Below, one piece after another: positions 1 through 14,041 of a stretch of 64,000 bases of DNA; within the stretch, counting starts at the first letter, position 1, and every line of letters starts with the position of its first letter. The notes beneath the pieces are model-generated. The model saw only the letters and a program-made list of their open reading frames with translations. It made no database searches and was not told where the DNA came from. Source of the stretch: Escherichia coli (GTDB taxonomy: Bacteria; Pseudomonadota; Gammaproteobacteria; Enterobacterales; Enterobacteriaceae); the NCBI RefSeq assembly GCF_036507355.1, contig NZ_AP027877.1; one strand, written 5' to 3'. The position numbers were made by a program, and so were the translations under genes.

Positions 1-61
1 TGGTTGCTGGAAAGAGAAAACCCCCGCACGTTGAGAGGTACAATGAATCGCCACGGATAAT

Positions 62-874
62 CTAGACACTTCCGAGCCGTTGATAATACTGGTTTTCATA
101 TTCTGTCGGTGACATCTGATCGCTGGAACCATGCCGACGCTTACTGTTATAAAACATTTCGATGTAATCAAAAATATCGCTGCGGGCTTCTTCCCGCGTT
201 CCGTAGATCTTTTTCTTTATCCGTTCGCGTTTCAACAACTGGAAAAAGCTTTCTGCAACCGCATTATCATGGCAGTTACCGCGACGGCTCATGCTGCCAT
301 CCAGGCCGTGTGATTTCAGGAACGACTGCCACTCATGGCTTGTGTACTGACTGCCCTGATCCGAATGAACCAGCACCTGTTTTTGGGGATTACGGCGCCA
401 TACAGCCATCAGCAGTGCGTTCAGGACAATGTCCTTTGTCATCCGGGATTGCATGGACCAGCCGATAATTTTGCGTGAGAACAGATCAACAACCACGGCA
501 AGATACAGCCAGCCTTCGTGGGTCCTGATGTAGGTTATGTCCGTTACCCAACGCTTATCCGGAGCATCCGGATTGAACTGTCGCTGGAGCCTGTTGGGCG
601 ACACGATACTGGCCTCGCCTTTACGTGCCCGCGGGCTCCGGTATCCGACCTGAGCCTTTATCCCGACACGTTTCATCAGTCGCCAGACTCTGTTCACTCC
701 GCACTGTTGCCCGCTGTCCCGCAGATCCAGATGGATTTTGCGATAACCATAGACGCATCCCGATTCCAGCCAGAACTGTTTAATCTGCCCTGTCAGCCTC
801 AGGTCTGCCTGATGGCGTTGTGAATGCGGCTGCTGAAGCCAGGCGTAAAAACCACTGGGATGAACATCCAGCAC
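62..874 (-). CDS. IS3-family transposase OrfB (DDE catalytic domain)
   Basis: 270-aa ORF with IS3-type DDE region (HSDQGSQYTS ... DNAVAESFF); normally made as OrfAB by -1 frameshift. Confidence 0.85.
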   Translation of the reverse strand: MLDVHPSGFYAWLQQPHSQRHQADLRLTGQIKQFWLESGCVYGYRKIHLDLRDSGQQCGVNRVWRLMKRVGIKAQVGYRSPRARKGEASIVSPNRLQRQFNPDAPDKRWVTDITYIRTHEGWLYLAVVVDLFSRKIIGWSMQSRMTKDIVLNALLMAVWRRNPQKQVLVHSDQGSQYTSHEWQSFLKSHGLDGSMSRRGNCHDNAVAESFFQLLKRERIKKKIYGTREEARSDIFDYIEMFYNSKRRHGSSDQMSPTEYENQYYQRLGSV

Positions 875-930
875 CCGACAGAGCAGGCGAACAGGCCAGC
901 AACAGGTGTTGTCACGGATAAAGGCGTACC

Positions 931-1215
931 TCAGTCGGACAGCTTTGCGAAGTACGCCGCGGCTTTTTTTAATATGTCCCGTTCGTCGGTAACCCGCTTC
1001 AGCTCTTTCTGGAGACGGCGGATCTCGGCCTGAGCATCTGACTGTTCTTTATTAGCGGAAGAATCCGGACCGTACTTCTTTATCCAGGCGTAAAGGCTGT
1101 GGGTGGTGATATCGAGACGTGTTGCAACGCTGGCAACAGAATAACCGCGATCAACAACCTGTTTGACTGCTTCAATTTTAAACTCTTCGGGATAACGCTT
1201 ACCGCTCATGGGCAC
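931..1215 (-). CDS. IS3-family transposase OrfA (HTH and leucine-zipper part)
   Basis: 94-aa ORF directly upstream of OrfB, ending in the typical ILKKAAAYFA motif. Confidence 0.8.
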   Translation of the reverse strand: MPMSGKRYPEEFKIEAVKQVVDRGYSVASVATRLDITTHSLYAWIKKYGPDSSANKEQSDAQAEIRRLQKELKRVTDERDILKKAAAYFAKLSD

Positions 1216-1357
1216 CTCTCTTTAAGCCATCTTAAATGACTCTGAGGTGTCTGTTAAACCCGTGGCGATTCAACCTGACAACAGAACGGGGGCTAATCTT
1301 GAACCAGAACAATTCAAGAATAGCCGCAAAATGTTGTCATTACAACAAGGCGGCTAT

Positions 1358-1465
1358 ATGACGCTCGCGCAGTTTGCCATGACTTTCTGGCACGACCTGG
1401 CAGCACCGATCCTGGCGGGGATTATTACCGCAGCGATTGTCGGCTGGTGGCGTAACCGGAAGTAA
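1358..1465 (+). CDS. ldr: Ldr-family small toxic peptide (type I toxin)
   Basis: 35-aa peptide MTLAQFAMTFWHDLAAPILAGIITAAIVGWWRNRK matches the Ldr family; located next to kdsA as in K-12. Confidence 0.8.
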   Translation: MTLAQFAMTFWHDLAAPILAGIITAAIVGWWRNRK

Positions 1466-1514
1466 GGTGAAAACGGGCGTCAGGCTGCCGTGATGGCAAT
1501 ATGCGCCCGAAACC

Positions 1515-1546
1515 GGCCGCAGGGGTAACAGCCTGCGGCCTTTTTT
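1515..1546 (+). terminator. Rho-independent terminator downstream of ldr
   Basis: GC-rich hairpin GGCCGCAGG-loop-CCTGCGGCC followed by a T6 run. Confidence 0.6.
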
Positions 1547-1560
1547 GTATCCGGCACCCA

Positions 1561-1600
1561 TAAAAAAAGTCTTAACGCAGAACGCTAAGACTTTATTTTT
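1561..1600 (-). terminator. Rho-independent terminator downstream of kdsA (hairpin flanked by A and T runs)
   Basis: Stem AGTCTTA / TAAGACT flanked by A7 and T-rich runs just 3' of the kdsA stop. Confidence 0.55.
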
Positions 1601-1612
1601 CAAACAAAAAGA

Positions 1613-2476
<864 letters not shown>

Positions 2477-2502
2477 TTAATCTTGAGTAAAATGTCGATT
2501 AA

Positions 2503-3312
2503 TTAATGCAGCACAATATGTTTATGCGCGATGTTATTTATTTGCGCACGGATCATTTCGCTGATCGGGTCTTCCGGACATTGTTCAACGAAATAACTTA
2601 AATCGTTCAACGCAACGTGTTCGCAATCCAGTTGCGCATAAATCAACCCGCGATCGCGAATTTCATAGGGATCTTCAGGGTTGAATTGTAATAAAGCTTC
2701 GCTGGTGCGTAACGCCAGCTCCATCTGATTTTCTTCCATCAACGAGGCTTTGAGTGTATCCAGCAATTTGCGGATTACCTCAATGTTATCAGCTTCATCA
2801 AGGTCTTCATAAAACAGTTCCGCCGACGGGCTGATATTTCCCTTTAACCATACGTCCAGCATATGTTCGCTTAACGATTCACCGTTAAAAGGATTAATCA
2901 GCCAAATTTCGCCATCCGGACATTCAATGCGCAATATCAGCTGCGTAGGGAAAATCACCGGCAGCAGCGGCAAATCGAGACGATTCGCGACCCATAATAA
3001 AACCGCACCTAATGATACCGCACTGCCCTGTCGATTCTTTAACACCTGGTCCAGCCATAATGCATCGGAAAGACGATAAACGCCGCGTGAGGCTTTAAAT
3101 CCCCAGTCGCCGTAAAACAGCGCGATCAGTTTTTCCAGCTGCTCTTCTAAAGGCAGAAGCTGGCTGATTTCTTCCTTCGCCAGACTAACGAGACGCTCCA
3201 GTTCGTCGTAAACATCTTGCGAGGGAAAATCGCGGCGGATTGCTTCGCAAGCCAGGATCATGCCTTCGCACAATGGCGCTTTATTAAATTCGAAATCAGC
3301 TAACGATCTCAT
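2503..3312 (-). CDS. sirB1: SirB1/YchA family protein
   Basis: 269-aa ORF recognised as YchA; conserved position between kdsA and sirB2. Confidence 0.9.
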   Translation of the reverse strand: MRSLADFEFNKAPLCEGMILACEAIRRDFPSQDVYDELERLVSLAKEEISQLLPLEEQLEKLIALFYGDWGFKASRGVYRLSDALWLDQVLKNRQGSAVSLGAVLLWVANRLDLPLLPVIFPTQLILRIECPDGEIWLINPFNGESLSEHMLDVWLKGNISPSAELFYEDLDEADNIEVIRKLLDTLKASLMEENQMELALRTSEALLQFNPEDPYEIRDRGLIYAQLDCEHVALNDLSYFVEQCPEDPISEMIRAQINNIAHKHIVLH

Positions 3313-3315
3313 GAC

Positions 3316-3708
3316 TTACCCCAGTAACGGTACTTTTGTGGTGGCGAGTTTAATGATGATGTACAGCACCACCAACGCCAGCGGGAAGGCAATAATGCGC
3401 GCCTGCTGACTGTGCATACGACGATAATCGAGTGCAATAAAACCCAAAACGATATAAATGATAACTCCAAACAGCTTTTCAGTCAGCCACTGTGCCTGCC
3501 CAGAAAATGGCAGGATGTGCGCTTTAGCCATCAACGCAATGCCGCTTAACAATAACACCGTATCGACAACCGGCGGCACAATGCGCGTCCAGCGAGCAAA
3601 TGCCTGTGGATGCTTCTGATAACGTAGCCAGAAACGTAAGGTTAATAGCCCAACAGAAAGCGCGATACTAATGAGATGAACGCTAAGCAGTGTAGAAAAA
3701 CTTGTCAT
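3316..3708 (-). CDS. sirB2: SirB2/YchQ inner-membrane protein
   Basis: 130-aa hydrophobic ORF recognised as YchQ; conserved synteny. Confidence 0.9.
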   Translation of the reverse strand: MTSFSTLLSVHLISIALSVGLLTLRFWLRYQKHPQAFARWTRIVPPVVDTVLLLSGIALMAKAHILPFSGQAQWLTEKLFGVIIYIVLGFIALDYRRMHSQQARIIAFPLALVVLYIIIKLATTKVPLLG

Positions 3709-4538
3709 TGATAATAGCGGCCGAGCGTTACGCGCTCATTATCACCATAGTCACGGCAGGTTTCGACGTCATGATACCCCGCAAGGATAAATGCTTGTCG
3801 CACCGCTTCGCCCTGCTGCCAGCCATGTTCCAGAAGCAGAAAGCCGCCGGATACCAGCGCGTTACGCGACTGTTCGATGATATGCACGATGTCTGCCATT
3901 CCACTGTCTGCCGCAACCAGCGCAGTGAGCGGCTCAAAGCGGACATCGCCTTGTTGAAGATGAGGGTCCTGCTCGTCAATATACGGCGGATTGCTGACAA
4001 TCATCGCAAACTGCTGCCCGGCTAGCGCGCTAAACCAGTCGCTTTGCAGAATGTGGATATTTTTGATCGCCAGATGCTGGGCATTACGTTGTGCCAGGGC
4101 GACAGCATCGGGCATACGATCTACAGCGGTAATTTCGCAGTCCGGGCGCTCGCGAGCCAGCGCAAGCGCAATCGCCCCGGTACCCGTCCCGAGATCGAGA
4201 ATACGGCAAGGTTGTTCAGGCAACCGCGCCAGTGCCTGCTCCACCAGACACTCCGTATCCGGGCGCGGAATTAAGGTCGCTGGCGAAACAAATAACGGCA
4301 ACGACCAGAATTCTCGCACCCCGGTTAAATGAGCAATGGGTTCACCATCGCGACGACGTGTCAGTAGCGCATCAAGTTGCTGACATTGTTCGTCAGTCAG
4401 CTGCGTTTCACCAAAGGCGAGAATAAAAGTACGCCCTCTGCCGGTAACATGCTCCAGCAGGATTTCAGCATCACGCCGCGGGCTTTCGCTCGCCTGAAGT
4501 TGGCTTATTGCTTCACGTAACCAGTATTGATATTCCAT
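3705..4538 (-). CDS. prmC: Release-factor glutamine N5-methyltransferase (HemK)
   Basis: 277-aa ORF with NPPY methyltransferase motif (VSNPPYI); overlaps prfA stop as in K-12. Confidence 0.95.
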   Translation of the reverse strand: MEYQYWLREAISQLQASESPRRDAEILLEHVTGRGRTFILAFGETQLTDEQCQQLDALLTRRRDGEPIAHLTGVREFWSLPLFVSPATLIPRPDTECLVEQALARLPEQPCRILDLGTGTGAIALALARERPDCEITAVDRMPDAVALAQRNAQHLAIKNIHILQSDWFSALAGQQFAMIVSNPPYIDEQDPHLQQGDVRFEPLTALVAADSGMADIVHIIEQSRNALVSGGFLLLEHGWQQGEAVRQAFILAGYHDVETCRDYGDNERVTLGRYYQ

Positions 4539-5620
4539 TATTCCTGCTCGGACAACGCCGCCAGTTGGTCGGCCTGATGTTCCTGGATAATCGGTTCAAT
4601 CAGCATATCCAGCTTACCTTCCATCACTTCATCCAGGCGGTAGAGCGTCAGGTTGATGCGGTGATCGGTAACGCGCCCCTGCGGGAAGTTGTAAGTACGG
4701 TTACGGTCGCTGCGATCGCCACTCCCCAGCAGGTTACGACGGGTAGACGCTTCGGCCTGTTGCCGTTTTGCCATTTCAGCAGCGTGGATGCGAGCACCGA
4801 GAACAGAAAGTGCTTTAGCTTTGTTTTTATGTTGTGAACGTTCGTCCTGACATTCAACAACAATCCCGGTCGGCAAGTGAGTAATACGAATTGCCGAATC
4901 GGTGGTGTTAACGTGCTGACCACCCGCCCCTGACGAGCGGAAAGTATCAATGCGTAAATCTGCTGGGTTGATGTCCGGCAGTTCTGCGTCAGGCAGTTCT
5001 GGCATTACCGCAACGGTACAAGCAGAAGTATGAATACGACCCTGCGATTCCGTAGCAGGAACACGCTGCACGCGATGACCGCCGGATTCAAATTTCAGAC
5101 GACCATACACACCATCACCGCTAATTTTGGCGATGATCTCTTTATAACCACCATGTTCACCCTCGCTGGCGCTCATGATTTCTACCCGCCAGCGGCGGGC
5201 TTCGGCATAACGGCTGTACATACGGAACAGATCACCCGCGAACAGCGCCGCTTCGTCGCCGCCGGTTCCGGCTCGGACTTCGAGGAAGGCGTTACGTTCG
5301 TCATCAGGATCTTTTGGCAGTAACAGAACCTGTAATTGCTGTTCCAGTTGCTCGCTTTTTTCTTTAGCTTCGCGCAGTTCATCCTGCGCCATCTCACGCA
5401 TTTCAGGATCATCGAGCATCATCTGTGCGGTTTCGATATCTTCCTGAACCTGTTGCCAGTCGGTAAAACAGCGCGAAACATCACTTAACTGCGCATATTC
5501 GCGTGATAATGCGCGAAAACGTTCCTGGTCGGCGATAGTTTGCGCGTCACCCAGCAACGCCTGAACTTCTTCATGGCGTTCATGCAGGGCTTCCAGTTTG
5601 GCAACGATAGAAGGCTTCAT
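4538..5620 (-). CDS. prfA: Peptide chain release factor 1
   Basis: 360-aa ORF with GGQ motif ([11 protein letters not shown]) and PxT-type RF1 region. Confidence 0.95.
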
Positions 5621-5661
5621 AGGCGTAAATGCACCCTGTAAAAAAAGAAAATGATGTACTG

Positions 5662-6918
5662 CTACTCCAGCCCGAGGCTGTCGCGCAGAATATTCAGGCG
5701 TTCGTTATCCCCGTCACGGGCGGCCTGTTGAAGTGATTTCGTTGGCGCATGGATCAAGCGGTTAGTCAGTTTCCATGCCAGATCCTGCATAATGGCTTGC
5801 GCGTCGCCGCCCTGCTCAAGGGCCGCTAACGCTTTGGCGGTTAACTCATCGCGAACTTGCTCTGCCTGGCTGCGATACTCGCGAATGGTTTCGCTGGCGC
5901 TTTGTGCTCGCAGCCACGCCATAAATTCGCTGGTTTCCTGAGCGACAATAGTTTCCGCCTCAACCGCTGCGGCTTTACGCTGCGCCAGGTTGTGCGAAAT
6001 GATGCTTTGCAGATCATCAACGCTATAAAGATAAGCATTCGCCAGTTTGCCAACTTCCGGCTCAACATCGCGCGGAACGGCAATATCCACCAACAGCATT
6101 GGTTGGTTGCGACGGCTTTTTAATGCGCGCTCCACCATGCCTTTCCCGATAATCGGTAACGGGCTGGCGGTGGAACTGATGATGATATCGGCTTCGCGCA
6201 GACGTTCGTCGATATCACTCAGGGCAATCACTTCCGCGCCGACTTCATCTGCCAGAATTTGGGCACGTTCGCGAGTGCGGTTGGCGATAATCATCTTCTG
6301 TACTTTATGTTCGCGCAGATGACGCGCTACCAGCTCGATGGTTTCGCCCGCGCCTACCAGCAACACTGTGACCGTAGAGAGCGATTCAAAGATCTGCCGC
6401 GCCAGCGTACAAGCCGCAAAAGCGACAGACACAGCGCTGGCACCGATATCTGTTTCAGTGCGAACGCGTTTCGCTACAGAGAAAGATTTCTGGAACATGC
6501 GTTCCAGTTCGCTGGCCTTCATATGGCCTTTTTGCGAATCGGCAAACGCTTTTTTAACCTGACCGAGGATCTGCGGCTCCCCAAGAACCAGTGAATCCAG
6601 GCCGCTGGCAACACGCATTAAATGGCTAACCGCGTCGTTATCCTGATGCCAGTAGAGGCTTTTACGCAGATCTTCTTCATTAAGATTGTGATAATCGCAA
6701 AGCCAGCGGATTAACGCCTCTTGCAGGTTATCCTGCTCTTCAACGCTAAGATAAAGTTCCGTGCGGTTGCACGTCGACAGCACCACGCCGCCCTGCACCA
6801 TCGGCTGCGCAAGCAGGCTGTCAAGCGCCTGATCGAGCTTATCCGGCGAAAACGATACACGTTCTCGCAGCGATACAGGTGCCGTTTTATGGTTGATACC
6901 GAGTGCTAAAAGGGTCAT
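5662..6918 (-). CDS. hemA: Glutamyl-tRNA reductase
   Basis: Recognised as HemA; true start taken at the ATG giving [15 protein letters not shown] (ORF-track N-terminal extension rejected); 418 aa. Confidence 0.93.
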
Positions 6919-7062
6919 GTCTGCGGGAAATAATACCAACGTTGATAGGGTTAGTCTGCTTGCATCATACAGGATGCGTAAGATCAATAAAAGAGAGCGC
7001 CCCCTTTTGGAGTAATTGCCGAAAGCCGTTAGATTCTGGCAATTAAGACAACTTGAACATAG

Positions 7063-7754
<692 letters not shown>

Positions 7755-7755
<1 letters not shown>

Positions 7756-8606
7756 TGCGGACACAGTGGCCCTCTCCGGCAAAACTTAATCTGTTTTTAT
7801 ACATTACCGGTCAGCGTGCGGATGGTTACCACACGCTGCAAACGCTGTTTCAGTTTCTTGATTACGGCGACACCATCAGCATTGAGCTTCGTGACGATGG
7901 GGATATTCGTCTGTTAACGCCCGTTGAAGGCGTGGAACATGAAGATAACCTGATCGTTCGCGCAGCGCGGTTGTTGATGAAAACTGCGGCAGACAGCGGG
8001 CGTCTTCCGACGGGAAGCGGTGCGAATATCAGCATTGACAAGCGTTTGCCGATGGGCGGCGGTCTCGGCGGTGGTTCATCCAATGCCGCGACGGTCCTGG
8101 TGGCATTAAATCATCTCTGGCAATGCGGGCTAAGCATGGATGAGCTGGCGGAAATGGGGCTGACGCTGGGCGCAGATGTTCCTGTCTTTGTTCGGGGGCA
8201 TGCCGCGTTTGCCGAAGGCGTTGGTGAAATACTAACGCCGGTGGATCCGCCAGAGAAGTGGTATCTGGTGGCGCACCCTGGTGTAAGTATTCCGACTCCG
8301 GTGATTTTTAAAGATCCTGAACTCCCGCGCAATACGCCAAAAAGGTCAATAGAAACGTTGCTAAAATGTGAATTCAGCAATGATTGCGAGGTTATCGCAA
8401 GAAAACGTTTTCGCGAGGTTGATGCGGTGCTTTCCTGGCTGTTAGAATACGCCCCGTCGCGCCTGACTGGGACAGGGGCCTGTGTCTTTGCTGAATTTGA
8501 TACAGAGTCTGAAGCCCGCCAGGTGCTAGAGCAAGCCCCGGAATGGCTCAATGGCTTTGTGGCGAAAGGCGCTAATCTTTCCCCATTGCACAGAGCCATG
8601 CTTTAA
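7755..8606 (+). CDS. ispE: 4-diphosphocytidyl-2-C-methyl-D-erythritol kinase
   Basis: 283-aa GHMP-kinase ORF ([14 protein letters not shown]) recognised as IspE; start overlaps lolB stop. Confidence 0.95.
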
Positions 8607-8630
8607 GCCGGGCAAGCTGAGTTTCGGTGA

Positions 8631-9704
<1,074 letters not shown>

Positions 9705-9720
9705 TCGAACCCGGCTCAAA

Positions 9721-9744
9721 GACCCGCTGCGGCGGGTTTTTTTT
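9721..9744 (+). terminator. Rho-independent terminator of prs
   Basis: Hairpin CCCGC-TGCG-GCGGG followed by T8. Confidence 0.75.
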
Positions 9745-9829
9745 GTCTGTAATATCCATTTGTATGACCTATGCCTCCTTCACCTGCCATTTAGTTGACA
9801 GATGATGCGCTCACGGATGAAACATTATT

Positions 9830-11509
9830 GTGAACAAAATATTTTCCTCACATGTGATGCCTTTCCGCGCTCTGATCGACGCTTGCTGGAAAGAAAAATA
9901 TACTGCCGCACGGTTTACCCGTGACCTGATTGCCGGGATAACCGTCGGGATTATTGCTATCCCGCTGGCGATGGCGTTGGCTATTGGTAGTGGTGTGGCA
10001 CCCCAGTACGGTTTATATACCGCAGCTGTTGCGGGGATTGTCATTGCTCTGACGGGTGGGTCACGCTTTAGCGTTTCCGGTCCGACTGCGGCATTTGTGG
10101 TAATTCTCTATCCCGTGTCGCAACAGTTTGGACTGGCAGGACTGCTGGTTGCGACCTTGCTGTCGGGGATCTTTTTGATTCTGATGGGTCTGGCACGCTT
10201 TGGTCGCCTGATTGAGTATATTCCGGTTTCCGTCACCTTAGGTTTCACCTCGGGTATCGGGATCACCATCGGTACCATGCAGATTAAAGATTTTCTCGGT
10301 CTGCAAATGGCCCATGTTCCGGAACATTATCTACAAAAAGTCGGCGCATTATTTATGGCGCTGCCGACCATTAATGTGGGTGATGCTGCCATTGGCATTG
10401 TGACGCTAGGTATTCTTGTTTTCTGGCCGCGTCTGGGCATTCGTTTACCCGGTCACCTTCCGGCCTTGCTGGCTGGTTGCGCGGTGATGGGGATTGTTAA
10501 CCTGCTCGGCGGACATGTTGCTACCATCGGTTCGCAATTCCACTACGTCCTGGCCGATGGTTCTCAGGGTAACGGTATTCCGCAACTGCTGCCGCAACTG
10601 GTGCTGCCGTGGGATCTGCCTAATTCAGAATTCACGCTAACCTGGGATTCTATTCGCACACTGCTGCCTGCGGCATTCTCAATGGCAATGCTCGGCGCAA
10701 TCGAATCTCTGCTCTGCGCCGTGGTGCTGGATGGTATGACCGGGACGAAACACAAGGCGAACAGCGAACTGGTTGGCCAGGGACTGGGGAATATTATCGC
10801 TCCGTTCTTTGGTGGTATTACCGCTACAGCTGCCATCGCGCGTTCTGCCGCTAACGTCCGTGCCGGGGCAACTTCCCCTATCTCGGCGGTTATCCACTCT
10901 ATTCTGGTTATTCTTGCCCTGCTGGTACTGGCACCGCTGCTCTCCTGGCTGCCGCTTTCCGCTATGGCAGCCCTGCTGTTGATGGTGGCGTGGAACATGA
11001 GTGAAGCGCATAAAGTGGTCGACTTGCTGCGTCATGCACCGAAAGATGACATCATTGTCATGCTGCTGTGCATGTCGCTGACCGTGCTGTTTGATATGGT
11101 TATTGCCATCAGCGTGGGGATCGTGCTGGCATCGCTGCTGTTTATGCGTCGTATCGCACGTATGACTCGCCTGGCACCGGTAGTCGTAGATGTTCCAGAC
11201 GATGTCCTGGTTCTGCGCGTTATTGGCCCGCTGTTTTTTGCTGCTGCTGAAGGCTTATTCACGGACCTGGAGTCACGTCTTGAAGGCAAACGGATTGTGA
11301 TTCTGAAGTGGGATGCCGTTCCGGTACTTGATGCTGGTGGTCTTGATGCGTTCCAGCGTTTTGTGAAGCGTCTGCCCGAAGGATGTGAACTGCGCGTGTG
11401 CAACGTGGAATTCCAGCCTCTGCGCACTATGGCTCGCGCAGGCATTCAACCGATCCCGGGACGCCTCGCGTTCTTCCCGAATCGTCGCGCGGCGATGGCG
11501 GATTTATAA
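9830..11509 (+). CDS. dauA: SulP-family C4-dicarboxylate transporter DauA (YchM)
   Basis: 559-aa polytopic membrane protein with C-terminal STAS-like domain, GTG start; recognised as DauA. Confidence 0.92.
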
Positions 11510-11563
11510 GTACGAGATTGACCAGTCAGCGCAAACTGACTGGTCAGCAAACTGCATTATTTG

Positions 11564-11842
11564 TTAGCTATGACGGCGATTATCGCTACGGCGGCAACGT
11601 TTGTCATAGTGGCGAACCCACCAGTAACGGTCGCACACCTGTTCATGCCCGCCAACACGGGCACCCGCCAGCCAGAGAATGGCACCGACGAAAATACTTA
11701 GCACTGCACCATGTGCGAAATACTGGGGCATATTAAACTGTGGTAACTGGTTGAGGATTGAATACCCCACACCGACCACCATTACCACCAGACCCAACCC
11801 CATGAGCACGTTACCGAGTAACGAAGCGTTTTTGCGTTTCAT
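11564..11842 (-). CDS. ychH: Stress-induced small membrane protein YchH
   Basis: 92-aa ORF recognised as YchH; conserved position. Confidence 0.88.
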   Translation of the reverse strand: MKRKNASLLGNVLMGLGLVVMVVGVGYSILNQLPQFNMPQYFAHGAVLSIFVGAILWLAGARVGGHEQVCDRYWWVRHYDKRCRRSDNRRHS

Positions 11843-12119
11843 ATGTCACCTCCGGAACTTTCTGGGTTGTAACAGGGAATACCCCTCTTCCTTATGTGTA
11901 AAGTATAGACAACACCCTGTGGGTTATGTGCGGGCGTGATCACAATTACAACCCTTATTTCAACAAAACTTTACAAATAAACGCCTGAACACCTTGACTT
12001 TCTAATAGTCCACTCAGGCAATTATTACGTTATCTGCATTTGATACGCAGTTTTTTGTCAAGCGGGGCCGCAACCAGTAAACTACGCGCCAGTTATGTAC
12101 ACACTCAGGACAAAAAAAC

Positions 12120-12704
12120 GTGACGATTAAATTGATTGTCGGCCTGGCGAACCCCGGTGCTGAATACGCCGCAACGCGACATAATGCTGGTGCCTGGTTC
12201 GTTGACTTACTGGCAGAGCGTTTGCGCGCTCCGCTGCGCGAAGAGGCTAAATTCTTTGGTTATACTTCGCGAGTCACCCTTGGAGGCGAAGATGTCCGCC
12301 TGTTAGTCCCGACTACATTTATGAATCTCAGCGGCAAAGCCGTTGCGGCGATGGCCAGTTTTTTCCGCATTAATCCGGACGAAATTCTGGTGGCCCACGA
12401 CGAACTGGATCTGCCTCCTGGCGTCGCCAAATTTAAGTTGGGCGGTGGCCATGGTGGTCACAATGGACTGAAAGACATCATCAGTAAATTGGGTAATAAC
12501 CCTAACTTTCACCGTTTACGCATCGGAATCGGTCATCCGGGCGATAAAAATAAAGTTGTCGGTTTTGTGTTAGGCAAACCGCCTGTTAGTGAACAGAAGT
12601 TAATTGATGAAGCCATCGACGAAGCGGCGCGTTGTACTGAAATGTGGTTTACAGATGGCTTGACCAAAGCAACGAACCGATTGCACGCCTTTAAAGCGCA
12701 ATAA
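12120..12704 (+). CDS. pth: Peptidyl-tRNA hydrolase
   Basis: 194-aa ORF, GTG start, recognised as Pth. Confidence 0.95.
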
Positions 12705-12820
12705 GTCGTTGTCTGCGGCATTTTTGTCGAGTGCCGTGTATAATAGGCAAAGTTATTTCCATTTTTGCAATCTGTTAGCAATAACAGGTTGATTATTAAG
12801 ATATTAAGGTGATTTAAATC

Positions 12821-13912
12821 ATGGGATTCAAATGCGGTATCGTCGGTTTGCCCAACGTCGGGAAATCTACCCTGTTCAACGCGCTGACCAAAGCCGGTAT
12901 TGAAGCGGCCAACTTTCCATTCTGCACCATTGAGCCGAACACAGGCGTCGTACCAATGCCTGACCCTCGCCTGGATCAACTGGCTGAAATCGTAAAACCG
13001 CAACGTACGCTTCCCACGACCATGGAATTTGTCGATATCGCCGGTCTGGTAAAAGGCGCATCGAAAGGCGAAGGTCTGGGTAACCAGTTCCTGACCAACA
13101 TCCGTGAAACCGAAGCGATCGGTCACGTTGTTCGCTGCTTTGAAAATGACAACATCATTCACGTTTCCGGCAAAGTTAACCCGGCTGACGATATTGAAGT
13201 TATCAACACCGAACTGGCGCTGGCAGACCTCGACACCTGCGAACGTGCGATTCATCGCGTACAGAAGAAAGCCAAAGGTGGCGATAAAGACGCGAAAGCT
13301 GAGCTGGCGGTCCTGGAAAAATGCCTGCCCCAGCTGGAAAACGCAGGTATGCTGCGCGCGCTGGATTTAAGCGCTGAAGAGAAAGCGGCTATTCGTTACC
13401 TGAGCTTCCTGACGCTGAAACCAACAATGTACATCGCCAACGTCAACGAAGACGGTTTTGAAAACAACCCATATCTTGACCAGGTGCGTGAAATCGCGGC
13501 GAAAGAAGGTTCTGTTGTGGTTCCGGTTTGTGCTGCTGTTGAAGCAGACATTGCCGAACTGGACGACGAAGAACGTGACGAGTTTATGCAGGAGCTTGGG
13601 CTGGAAGAGCCGGGCCTGAACCGTGTGATCCGTGCCGGTTATAAGCTGCTGAACCTGCAAACTTACTTCACCGCTGGGGTGAAAGAAGTGCGTGCATGGA
13701 CCATTCCGGTTGGAGCAACCGCGCCGCAGGCAGCGGGCAAAATCCATACTGATTTTGAAAAAGGCTTTATCCGTGCACAAACCATCTCGTTTGAAGATTT
13801 CATCACTTACAAAGGTGAACAAGGCGCGAAAGAAGCAGGCAAAATGCGTGCAGAAGGTAAAGATTACATCGTGAAAGATGGCGATGTGATGAACTTCCTT
13901 TTCAACGTCTAA
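12821..13912 (+). CDS. ychF: Ribosome-binding ATPase YchF (Obg-family)
   Basis: 363-aa ORF with P-loop GLPNVGKST; recognised as YchF. Confidence 0.95.
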
Positions 13913-13923
13913 ATAAAATTTGA

Positions 13924-14004
13924 TGTCTCATGAGGTTTCACTGAATCTCAGAACAACGGTAAAACTCTATAAAATCCACGCAATTGCGTGGATTTTTCAT
14001 TTCA
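13924..14004. repeat. Left copy of 81-bp imperfect direct repeat bounding the island (putative attL)
   Basis: 70 of 81 positions match 61769-61849; the last 37 bp are identical and include the palindrome AAAATCCACGCAATTGCGTGGATTTT. Confidence 0.8.
13971..13998 (+). terminator. Putative ychF rho-independent terminator (inside the repeat)
   Basis: Perfect palindrome followed by a T5 run, 60 bp after the ychF stop. Confidence 0.6.
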
Positions 14005-14041
14005 TGATGTCTCAAATCATCCCGTAAGAGCGCTGTCAAAA

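Larger units (their letters stand above)
44..1272 (-). mobile_element. IS3-family insertion sequence, complete copy (1229 bp)
   Basis: orfA/orfB transposase pair on minus strand; imperfect terminal inverted repeats both starting TGAATCGCCACGG (44-76 and reverse complement of 1240-1272); identical second copy starts at 63128. Confidence 0.85.

Noticed and set aside
109-823. Plus-strand ORFs inside the IS3-family element (109-468, 131-313, 518-823), and likewise within IS1 and the second IS copy
   Set aside because: They are antisense to the transposase genes and lack motifs.
11520-11548. Hairpin ACCAGTCAG...CTGACTGGT between dauA and ychH as a bidirectional terminator
   Set aside because: Good stem but no clear T-run on either strand; not confident enough to list as a feature.
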